From: Hypomesus transpacificus
Taxonomy: Eukaryota
Direction: 5' to 3'
DNA: 64,000 nucleotides
Assembly (NCBI RefSeq): GCF_021917145.1
Contig: NC_061076.1
Coordinates: 13,096,768 to 13,160,767, forward strand
The notes under the pieces were generated by a model. It saw only the letters and a program-made list of their open reading frames with translations. It was not told the DNA's origin and searched no databases. The translations under genes and the position numbers were made by a program. Shown piece by piece: positions 26,057-35,699 of the stretch (within the stretch, counting starts at the first letter, position 1; each line of letters starts with the position of its first letter).

Positions 26057-26244
26057 ATAAAATTAGGCCCAGGGTTAATGTATACAGTGAGGGAAAAGAT
26101 TATTAGATTCCCTTGATTTTGTACGTTTGCCCACTGGCAAAGAAATTATCAGTCTATAATTTTAATGGTAGGTTTATTTGAACAGTGAGAGACAGAATAA
26201 CAACAACAAAATCCAGAAAAACGCATGTCAAAATTGTTATAAAT
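26057..26244 (+). mobile_element. 5' terminal fragment (terminal inverted repeat plus leader) of a second Tc1 family, split from its remainder at 27889-28903.
   Basis: 'tacagtgagggaaaagattattagattccc' is the inverted match of the 3' end 'ggggatcgaataattatttccctcactgta' at 28874-28903. Confidence 0.6.
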
Positions 26245-26383
26245 GGGTCACCGGTTAGGGAGTCGGGCTATTAATCAGAAGGTTGTTGGTTCGATTCCTG
26301 GCCATGCAAAATGAGGTTGTGTCTGTACTTACTGTAAGTCGCTCTGGATAAGAACGTCTGCTAAATGACTAAATGTAAATAAA
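26245..26383 (+). mobile_element. HpaI-like tRNA-derived SINE with an L2-type tail.
   Basis: Head 'gggtcaccggttagggagtcgggctattaatcagaaggttgttggttcgattcctggcc'. Tail 'tgtaagtcgctctggataagaacgtctgctaaatgactaaatgtaaataaa' is the reverse complement of the L2 3' tail at 45040-45075. Confidence 0.7.
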
Positions 26384-26479
26384 TTGATTTGCATTGAAGT
26401 GAGTGAAATTTGTATATGACCCCTCTCAATCAGAAAGATTTCTGGCTCCCAGCAGTCTTTTATACAGTTAACAAGCTGA

Positions 26480-27888
26480 GATTTGGAGCACTCCCTTTAA
26501 GAGTGTCCACCTGGTGCAGCCAGAACAACCTAGAGCTCAATGCTCTCAAGACAGTGGAGATGGTTGTGGACTTCAGGAAGAACGCAGCCCCACTCACCCC
26601 CATCACCCTGTGTGACTCCCCAGTCAACACTGTGGAGTCCTTCCGCTTCCTGGGCACTATCCTCTCCCAGGACCTCAAGTGGGAACTGAACATCAGCTCC
26701 CTCACCAAGAAAGCACAACAGAGGATGTACTTCCTGCGGCAGCTGAAGAAATTCAACCTGCCAAAGTCGATGATGGTGCACTTCTACACAGCCATCATTG
26801 AGTCCATCCTCACCTCCTCCATCACCATCTGGTACGCTGCTGCCACTGCCAAGGACAAGAGCAGGCTGTAGCGTATCATCCGCTCTGCGGAGAAGGTGAT
26901 TGGCTGCAATCTGCCTTCCCTCGAGGACCTGCACACCTCGAGGACCCTGAGGTGAGCGAAGAAGATTGTGGCCGACTCCTCCCACCCTGGACACTCCTTG
27001 TTTCAGTCACTCCCCTCCGGCAGAAGGCTGCGGTCCATCAGGACCAAAACCTCACGCCACACAACCAGTTTCTTCCCTTCCGCTGTTGGCCTCCTCAACA
27101 AGGCCAAGAGTTCACACTGACTGTAGCGACCACAAGAATGTCGCTGAGAGGCTAAGTAAGGGAGATTCACTTGAGTGACGTGCTGCCATCAATTTCAATG
27201 TCCGCTCTGGAAGTTACGTTCTTCTGTTTATTTATAGGCAGATACATATATTTCTTGAACAGGACAGCAGATAGAAAAGTGCAAGTGCTTCTGTGCAAAG
27301 TAGCGATATAAAAAAATACATGCAATTCTTCCAGTAAGCGTTTTAGTTAATCCAAAATTCCAATAGTCAGCATATTGAGCGGTCAACAAAAAAAGTGCTC
27401 TCCCTACTCACCCCCTTGCCATACTACCACAGGTGCCCAGGTGCATATATTAATTCACTAATTCCTATGCCAATACCCACGTGACTTGCATACACACCCA
27501 CCAGATACCAAAATAAAAGCACCAAAGCACAGACCAATTCAACCATGGCATATGGCTGCTATACTGACTTTAATGACTTCATGTCTTAAAACAATTGCAT
27601 TTGCACTACTCACAATTCGTGTAATATTTGTATTTTAGACTGTATTTTATACTGTAAATTGGCAACTTATATTTCATTTTATGGCAACTTATATTTTATT
27701 TTATTGTATATTTTATTTTAATTGTATTCCACTTAGTATTGCTAGTTTATGTATCCTTAGTATAGTTAGACCATATATCTACATTTAAGATTCCTATATG
27801 TTTATTGTATGCACCTTCCTGCCAAAGCAAATTCCTTGTCTGTGCAAACTTTCATGGCGAATAAATCCCATTTCTGATTCTAATCTCA
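26480..27888 (+). mobile_element. L2/CR1-clade LINE copy C (5'-truncated: ORF2 C-terminus plus 3'UTR plus tail), inserted into the Tc1 element.
   Basis: ORF 26410-26871 'LELNALKTVEMVVDFRKNAAPLTPITLCDSPVNTVESFRFLGTILSQDLKWELNISS...' and the conserved tail at 27803-27888. Confidence 0.7.
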
Positions 27889-28903
27889 TTTCGTTCCCTG
27901 TATTAAAACATTTGTCCACAGAAGCAATCAATCAATCAGATTCTAATCTCTACACCATGGCCAAGACCAAAGGGCTGTCCAAGGATGTCAGGGACAAGAT
28001 TGTAGACCTACACAAGGCTTTAATAGGCTACAAGACCATCGCCAAGCAGCATGGTGAGAAGGTGACAACAGATGGTGCGATTATTCGCAAATGGAAGAAA
28101 CACAAAAGACCTGTAGATCTCCCTTGGTCTGGGGCTCCATGCATCTCACCTTGTGGAGTTGCAATGATCATCAGAACGGGAACGGGAGGAATCAGGCCAG
28201 AACTACACGGGAGGATCTTGTGAATAATCTCAAGGCAGCTGGGACCATGGTCACCAAGAAAACAATTGGTAACACACTACGCTGTGAAGGACTGAAATCC
28301 TGCAGCGTCCGCAAGGCCCCCCTGCTCAAAAAAGCACATGTACAGGCCCATCTGAAGTTTGCTAATGAACATCTGAATGGTGAACTGGGTGAAAGTGTTG
28401 TGGTCAGATGAGACCAAAATCGAGCTCTCTGGCATCAACTCAACTCGCGAACGCACATACCATACGTGTTTGGAGGAGGACAACAGGACAGGACAAGTCT
28501 CCAGACCATAATCCCATAGAAAATCTGTGGAGTGAGCTGAAGGTTTCAGTTGCCAAACATCAGCCTCGAAACCTTAATGACTTGGGGAAGATCTGCAAAG
28601 AGGAGTGGGACAAAATCCCTCCTAAGATGTGTGCAAACCTGGTGGCCAACTACAAGAAATGTCTGACCTCTGTGATGGCCAACAAGGGTTTTGTCCCCAA
28701 GTACTAAATCATCAATCATGTTTCGCAGAATCAATTTATTACAATTTTGATGTGTTTTTCTGGATTGTATTGTTGTTTTTCTGTCTCTCATTGTTCAAAT
28801 AAACCAACCATAAAAATTATAGACTGAATTTCTAGAATTTCTTTGTCTGTGGGCAAATTTCCAAAATCAGCAGGGGATCGAATAATTATTTCCCTCACTG
28901 TAT
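27889..28903 (+). mobile_element. Remainder of the split Tc1 element, with an internally deleted transposase.
   Basis: ORFs '[38 protein letters not shown]', '...KKAHVQAHLKFANEHL...[11 protein letters not shown]' and '...[64 protein letters not shown]'. The DDE core between 'WSDETKIEL' and 'DNPKH' is missing. The 3' terminal inverted repeat ends 'cactgta'. Confidence 0.75.
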
Positions 28904-29075
28904 GCGTCTCCTTCGGGGATTTCTTTGTCTTTGCTCAACACCACAGGGTTCTAGAAACTTCAGCTTTTTTATTTTCTGGTGTTGCAGCAATACGCTGTCA
29001 TAGAGAAAGACTAAGTTATTGGCTGTCTAAAAAAAATTCCATTCCAAAAAATACATTCTGCTCCCATGTACACAG

Positions 29076-29287
29076 AATTCTAACCGCATCATCTGCTCGG
29101 CGGTATTCGGCTTCGATGACAAACTGACTGTACGCTCCAGTTTCCGCTTCAGCCAGAACGGTCTAGTGATCAGCAGTGTGGACATTCAGTCAGTAGAGCC
29201 CGTGGACCAGCGGACCCGTGATGCCCTGCAGAAGAGTGTCCAGCTGGCCATTGAGATCACTACCAACTCTCAGGAGGCAGCTGCACG
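29076..29287 (+). CDS. mvp: MVP coding exon: [70 protein letters not shown](R).
   Basis: Acceptor cacag at 29071-29075 and donor GTCAGA at 29288. Matches MVP 'NSARIIRTAVFGFE...[45 protein letters not shown]'. Confidence 0.9.
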
Positions 29288-30001
29288 GTCAGACAGTCAT
29301 ATATCTTTAGCTTTGGTGGTTTGCTCTATCTGTATTATTTTATTTTATTTGTCTCCTCTGTGCACTACAGCTTAGTTTTGATGCAACTGTTTCAACTAGG
29401 CTATGTGAGGCTCCTACATACAGTATCATGGGAAAATGTGTCCAAACTTTTGACTGGTACTGTACATACATACTAACTCTTGCACTTTCACGCTTTGTAA
29501 TTTGAAGAGTAAATAAGCAGCAACAAATGTATGTTGTATGCTTTTTAATCGATGCAATCTTCGATAGTAAGTATGCATATTTTATTTTTATATACATACA
29601 GACATATCAGTTGAAAAATGTAAGTACACTTATGAAAACTTTTGTCCTTCTCTAAATGTTTGGATGTTTGATATTAGTTTAAAGGTCACATGACATGAAA
29701 ACTTCACTTTAAGAGGTTATTTAACATTAATATGTTAAATAGTTCCCCTAGCCTGCCTTTGGTCCCCAGTGGCTAGAATTTTCGATAGATGTAAACCAAG
29801 CCCTGGGTGTTCTTCTCCGCCTTTGAGAAAATGAAGGCTCAAACGCTCTGTTTGAAAAGCTGCTTCTTGTGACGTCACACGTAGCTAGGCTACCGCCCTT
29901 CTCTCTACTTTGCCCGCCCAGATAATCTGGCCCGCCCATGGAAAACTAAGCTAAGATCGTGCAAAGGCAAGTCCGATATCGGTTTTTCCTGGAGAGACAT
30001 C

Positions 30002-30300
30002 ATGGCTAGCAAATGGACAGTTGCTCAGTGTTTGGATGTACAAATCAAAACAAAAGTATTTTTGAAATTCCTTCATCCAAGCCTCTGCACAACCAGTATC
30101 TTAATTTTATTTTCACTGGAAATGCGCCGACACAACTTTCCAAAGTTCTGTATGTCTGCGCCAAACATTTCAGCCACTACTGTTTCCTCTACTTGAGCCA
30201 ACACAAAGCTGCCCTTGCTGAAATTAAATTCTGGCTCATTACTAACTCTCCTTGGTCAAGCTACAAACCTTGGACAAGTAAGTTAACTAACGCTATATAA
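30002..30300 (+). pseudogene. THAP-domain-like fragment (frame-broken).
   Basis: 'CSVFGCTNQNKS.IFEIPSSKPLHNQYLNFIF...VCAKHFSHYCF' has C-x2-C...C-x2-H spacing and an 'F.FP' motif typical of THAP zinc fingers. Possibly a P-element or Kolobok remnant. Confidence 0.35.
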
Positions 30301-30379
30301 TTTTGTTGCTTTACTGTATATGGTTACCTAGCTTGCTACCCTTAGAATGTGGCAGTAACATTAGCTCTGCAGCTAACAG

Positions 30380-30865
30380 CTGAGTTACTGTTGCTAATGT
30401 AAAGGTAGATGGCATCATGTCTGTGTGTGAATACAAACGCTGTAACGCCAGTGATGTACACTTCTTTGTTATTTGGATAACCGTTATGCTGTTGGTGTTA
30501 TGGCGCATGCGATATCCGCCTTTCCCCTCATTGAAATTATGAGTGTGCACCTCTGCAAACCAGGGTGATCAGATGAGAATGGGCAAATTCGAAGCATCTT
30601 ACAGCAACGGGGCTACGAGCCAGCTGAGTTACTGTTGCTAATATAAAGGTAAAAGGCATCAAGTGTGTGTGTGAATACAACGCTGTCACACGAGTGTTGT
30701 ACACTTCTTTGTTATTTGGATAACCGTTCTGCGCTTGGTGTTATGGCTCGCGATATCTGCCTTTCTCCTCATTGAAATGACTATGAGTGTGCACCTCTTC
30801 AAACCAGGGTGATCAGATGAGAATGGGAAAATTCGAGGCATCTTACAGCAACGGGTGCTACGAGC
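30380..30865. repeat. Tandem duplication, about 245 bp x 2.
   Basis: 30380-30622 ('agctgagttactgttgctaatgtaaaggtagatggcatc...caacggggctacgagcc') is repeated at 30623-30865 at ~90% identity. Confidence 0.8.
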
Positions 30866-31376
30866 CATTGCAATACATCCGTTGTAAACATTAGCGCATG
30901 TTGCCGCCCCTCTCCTCCTCATTAGCATTTAAAGCTACAGACACAGAAACAGCGTGTTTTGAGGAAAGCTCATTGAGGGACTGCTCGTTGTGGCTGTAAT
31001 TATGCACCAAGGCTGAATTTCGGGGAAAGATACTTCAGATACAGTAATAGGGAACCGCTAAGACCTATATAAAAGCATCCAAAAACAGCATATCATGTGA
31101 CCTTTAATTTATAGGTTTGGAGGTGATATGGTAAAGAAACCCATTGCAGCGGCCGCAAGCACACCTCGCAATTTCTGGGGAAATTGTATCCTCTCTAGTT
31201 CTCCCTATTATTTCAAACATTTGGCATTCTATCTTAATAGTTATTTGATATTCTCTATAAATTATAATTCCTCAGATTTACAATGTAAGAGCTACAACAT
31301 CAGGCCTGAAAAGGCTGTGTAATCAAGTAATTTTAACTAATAAATCAGTAACTGGAGGTGTTTTCATGGACTGCAG

Positions 31377-31493
31377 CCACGAGGCGGAGCGTTTGGAGCA
31401 GGAGGCGCGGGGCCGCCTGGAGAGACAGAAGATCACGGACCAGGCCGAGGCTGAGAAAGCCAGGAAGGAGTTGCTAGAGTTGGAAGCCCTCAG
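31377..31493 (+). CDS. mvp: MVP coding exon: (R)[38 protein letters not shown](S).
   Basis: Acceptor ctgcag at 31371-31376 and donor GTGACC at 31494. Matches MVP '[38 protein letters not shown]'. Confidence 0.9.
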
Positions 31494-31789
31494 GTGACCA
31501 AGAACAGGAGGATAGGCTTACTAATGTCATGGCCTGCAAGCGATGATCTTATAGACGTGCCACTGCACAACTGGAACTATCACTGTCAGCGTAGATTAGC
31601 ATCAAAACATGACAGCTTGTCAAACAGTATTGTATAACACAGTGTGTGCGTTCGGTTAGTATAAACGTCATATATTATACGTATGTTATGTATGTTAGTG
31701 CTACCAAAACTATCCAGGCTGACAAGATGTTCCTGTAATATTTGTACTACTTGACATTGAGTGCTGACTTGTGGTTCTCTAAAATGCAG

Positions 31790-31916
31790 TGCAGCGGTGG
31801 AGAGCACTGGGGCAGCGAAGGCTGAGGCCCAGTCAAGAGCCGAGGCCGCTCGTATCCAGGGAGAAGCAGCCGTCAGCGAAGCCAAACTGAAGGCAGAAGC
31901 TCAACGTATTGAGGCT
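31790..31916 (+). CDS. mvp: MVP coding exon: (S)[42 protein letters not shown].
   Basis: Acceptor atgcag at 31784-31789 and donor GTACGT at 31917. Matches MVP '[43 protein letters not shown]'. Confidence 0.9.
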
Positions 31917-32064
31917 GTACGTAATATACCACTCCTGAGTGTGTGTGTGTGTGTTTATCATCATTCATCTGTATGGATGCTTCTGTTTGTGTGCTCTACA
32001 ACACAGTGCTGTGTGTTGTAAAGGTGTGTAGCGTTTTCACATCTACTGATGTGTGTATGTGTAG

Positions 32065-32253
32065 GAGGCGGAGCTGCTGCGGCTGGCTAAGGCGCGTGAG
32101 CAGGAGTTGCAGTATAAGAAGGAGACAGACCGCTTGGATATGGAACGGCAGCAGAAAATAGCAGAGATTGAAAGCCTCCGTTTCAAACAGCTGGTGGAGA
32201 GCATAGGAAGAGACACACTCAAGGACATGGCCAGAGCAGGGCCAGAGCTACAG
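32065..32253 (+). CDS. mvp: MVP coding exon: EAELLRLAKAREQELQYKKETDRLDMERQQKIAEIESLRFKQLVESIGRDTLKDMARAGPELQ.
   Basis: Acceptor gtgtag at 32059-32064 and donor GTGACA at 32254. This is the coiled-coil region, homologous to MVP '[63 protein letters not shown]'. Confidence 0.9.
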
Positions 32254-33134
32254 GTGACACATGTTAAACAACCATCAGTAAAGCACAATACCAATTACAA
32301 ATATAGCACCAATGGCGGATTCCTCCTCCAGATTGTGGGCCATTTCAAAATGTACATGGTAGAGAAATGTATCCCACAGATATATACTTTTCAAGGCATT
32401 TAGATCAATGGGCAATTTAAAGTTCATTTTTGTTCTTGTTACAAATGATCATTGTACAGAAAAATACATCACACGGACATGAGTTCTTGAGAATTTTTTA
32501 TTTACCATGAGCAATGAGACATGCATACCAACTTTATTTATTTTTTGGCCTGATGGATTGGGTCAAAATCCCATCATTTAGAAAATGACAACCTCGAGGC
32601 GTGGTCTGTAGCGCCACCTATGCTCTTATCAGGCCCATGCTTTCTTATAAGTGTAAGTCTAACCTTTAGTATCTGTGCCAAAGCTGAAGAAAAACCTGTG
32701 TTTGGTTGATTCAACTTTATGGTTCTGGAGTAGAATACTTTCTGTTTCAGCAGTGGCATTAACTGTGGCCATACTCTCCAGAATGTCTTATTAACAGACA
32801 GACAGGACACTCTTGCCAGAAAGCCTCAAACTCACGCAAGTGTCTCAATTGTGTTTGAGAGTGGATATGTAAAGCATTATTTTAGTGTTAGCGGAATCTT
32901 AATAATAATTATAATAAAACTAACAATAAACTGAGGAGGAATCCTCAGTTATTTATTAGGAATCCTAATAAAACTAAAAATAACAATAGCTTTCCTCCTG
33001 ATGGAGGAATCCTAAATATTGTGGTAACCTTGATGTTATTACTTAAAGCATTATAAAGAAACTGAACCCTAACATTGCTAGACTGTCATGGCTGAAGAGA
33101 AGACTCTCCTCTTTCCCTTCTCTCCTTCCACCAG

Positions 33135-33254
33135 GTCAAACTCCTGCAATCACTGGGACTCCAGTCCACGCTGATCACAGATGGCTCCTCCCCCATAAAC
33201 CTCTTCACCACAGCCAATGGCTTGCTGGGAGCTCTGCAGGGCCAAGGCAAGTAA
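33135..33254 (+). CDS. mvp: MVP terminal coding exon: [39 protein letters not shown], including the TAA stop at 33252-33254.
   Basis: Acceptor caccag at 33129-33134. Matches MVP '[32 protein letters not shown]'. The C-terminal tail is shorter than in mammalian MVP. Confidence 0.85.
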   Translation, partial: VKLLQSLGLQSTLITDGSSPINLFTTANGLLGALQGQGK

Positions 33255-33406
33255 GGGGAGAAGAACAAGGAAAGGAGGAGAAGAAGAAAAGCCGGATGAA
33301 TAGATTCAAAGGATTCAAAACCAACTCCCACATCATCTCCTAAAGTTTTGTTTTTGTGTTTTCTCATGTGAACAGACATGATAGGTACTCTGTCTAGATT
33401 GTAATT

Positions 33407-33412
33407 AATAAA
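33407..33412 (+). promoter_or_regulatory. mvp: Putative polyadenylation signal AATAAA of mvp, ~150 nt downstream of the stop.
   Basis: AATAAA hexamer in the short 3'UTR. The Harbinger terminal inverted repeat starts at 33567, so the UTR is at most ~300 nt. Confidence 0.5.
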
Positions 33413-33566
33413 GGGGTTCATGCTTCTTCAGTGTACCCTAAATATCTGATATTAACAGGCTAGAACTTTAATACATGCCACTTTAATTTCCAATATAAAC
33501 ACAATAAGTGTGTAAGTGATCATTGCATCTGTGCTAGTTCAAGGATTAAAGGTTATATTTGGTCTC

Positions 33567-35446
33567 CAGGGGCCGGTTTTTCAAAAATCTAATCTGATTG
33601 GATTATGGCTATCGGATTGGATCAAATCTTGAAAATTTGTATTTCAAAAGAAAAAAAGGATTCAGAAATTGGATTGGATCACGTAATTTAATCTTGTTGA
33701 TCCGGATCAAACCTTGAGTTTGGGTTTTTAAAAACTTTTTGGTAGGATCGGGATCAATTTGATCTAAAAAATCAGGATTAAACTGATCCCAGCAGGAGGG
33801 TGGTTTCATGGAGGATTTTAGGTAACTGAACTTGGTTAGTTAAATAATACAAGATTTATATCATGCATTTTACAGTATTTATATTTAATTATAAATATTT
33901 CGGCCCCATAAAATAATCCCCCAAACAGCTGTCAATATTGAACTCAAATAATAAATTCTGTCTTTGTTTATTAAACATTAACCACACTGACACAATCATC
34001 AGTCATGGACTTATCAAAAATAGTGTCTAACAATTGCATCTCTTATTGGTCGTCCAGTCGGGCCCTCATTCTGACAGAATGCCGGAGGTTGGTCAGTGTC
34101 TCCAATGGGCTCAGGTGCAGGGATGTCATCACAGAGAGGGACTTTGCACCTGGTCGCGATGTTGTGTAGTACAATGCAAGCAAGTATTATGTTGCATGCT
34201 TTCTGTGGTTCCACTCTCAAGTAGTTAAGGCATGCAAAGCATCTGTTCAGAACTCCAATTAAGCGCTCAATGGTTCATCTTGTTTTGCAATGAGCAGTGT
34301 TGAAGCGTGCCTGCTCGGGCGTGTGTTTAGCCAGAAAAGGGGTCATCAGCCATGGTAGAAGAGGGTAGGCACTGTCTCCTAATATGATACCATTCGGTCG
34401 GTTGGTTTGGAGCTCTCTATATAGAGCGCTCTCCCTCAGGATGCGCGCATCATGGACAGACCCAGGCCACTTCACAACACAGTTTGTGATGAGCTCAGCG
34501 TTGCCCACAAGTTGAACATTGATGCATTGTCTCCCCTTTTGGTTTACAAACTCCCACTCATTCTCATGAGGTGCTTGTATGTGCACATGGGTGCAGTCGA
34601 TTGATCCAATAATATTGGGCATATTCCCCAAAAGAAAATAATTCTGCTTGGCCTGGTCATCCTTCGGAAAAAAAACAAAGAAGGCCCATGAGGGTAAATC
34701 TCTGTGGGATTTTGGGGGTGACATAAAATAAAGGATCTTGCTTGAAAGCGATTTGCAGCCTAGAACTAGGAGTCTAGGACTGCAAAACCTTTAATTAAGA
34801 TTATACCCAAGTTTAGGTATCTTAATCCATGATGTTCATCATACATATCTCTTGACTACTGACTATTACCATAGAACGTCTGCTGCAGAAACCCATATTA
34901 ATTACTCTAACCCATACTGTCACAGTAAGTAAATCTAAAATGTTATGATGATTTGACAAATTCATTAATCAGGCTGGCCAATGCAGTTGAAACAGTTTTC
35001 AGAACATCACAAACAGTTGATTATTCCACAACAATGTATGAGTGGACTGCCTGTTTCCAAGACATGGACAATGGTCAAGTTCAAGTCTTTTATTAGATTC
35101 TGTCAAATAAAATACTTTTATTGGAGGGGGGATGTTTATATTGTTTGTTTGCTGTTCCGTTCAGTCCTATTTTCTGTTCAAATAAAGCATATTGGAGTGA
35201 CCCCTCACTATTCTACCTGTTGTTCTTTACATAGCTAAATTGTGATAGTCCCATTTAGACCACAGGTAATCCAGATTTTGTAATCCTGAAAAATTAGAAT
35301 CCAGATCAGAGTAATCCAATCCCACATTGCTTTGAAAAACCAGCATAAAAATCAAATGGATTACGTGATCCTGGATAGCAGAAAAAGAGATTTCCAAATC
35401 TGGATCAGTTTGATCCAGATTAAAACTTTTGAAAAACCGGCCCCTG
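33567..35446 (-). mobile_element. PIF/Harbinger DNA transposon (1.88 kb) with 20-bp terminal inverted repeats. The transposase is split by one frameshift.
   Basis: Terminal inverted repeats caggggccggtttttcaaaa (33567-33586) and ttttgaaaaaccggcccctg (35427-35446). Minus ORFs 34275-34724 and 34014-34220 carry DDE_Tnp_4 motifs: 'GSIDCTHVHIQAP', 'NQKGRQCINVQLV', 'WPGSVHDARIL', 'ILGDSAYPLLPWLMTPF'. No Myb-like second ORF and no clear 3-bp TSD. Confidence 0.8.
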
Positions 35447-35699
35447 ATTACTGGGACGCACTGGAATTTATAATGATGTGAAGGGTGCATTCATAGTTAC
35501 CAGGCATTCCTCCTTCAGGTCGCATTCCTCCGTACTTTGGCTGGACTGATGCGTATGAGTTAATTGGTGTGAAGGAGTAGTCTTGGTGTGCTGTATTCCT
35601 CCCGAACTTCAGTTAAATCTAACTCCATTGCGTGTCAGTAACAACGTCCCTGTCTGCAGACTCTAGCCGTGCTATAAGTAGGGAAAGCTGCTTGGCGCT

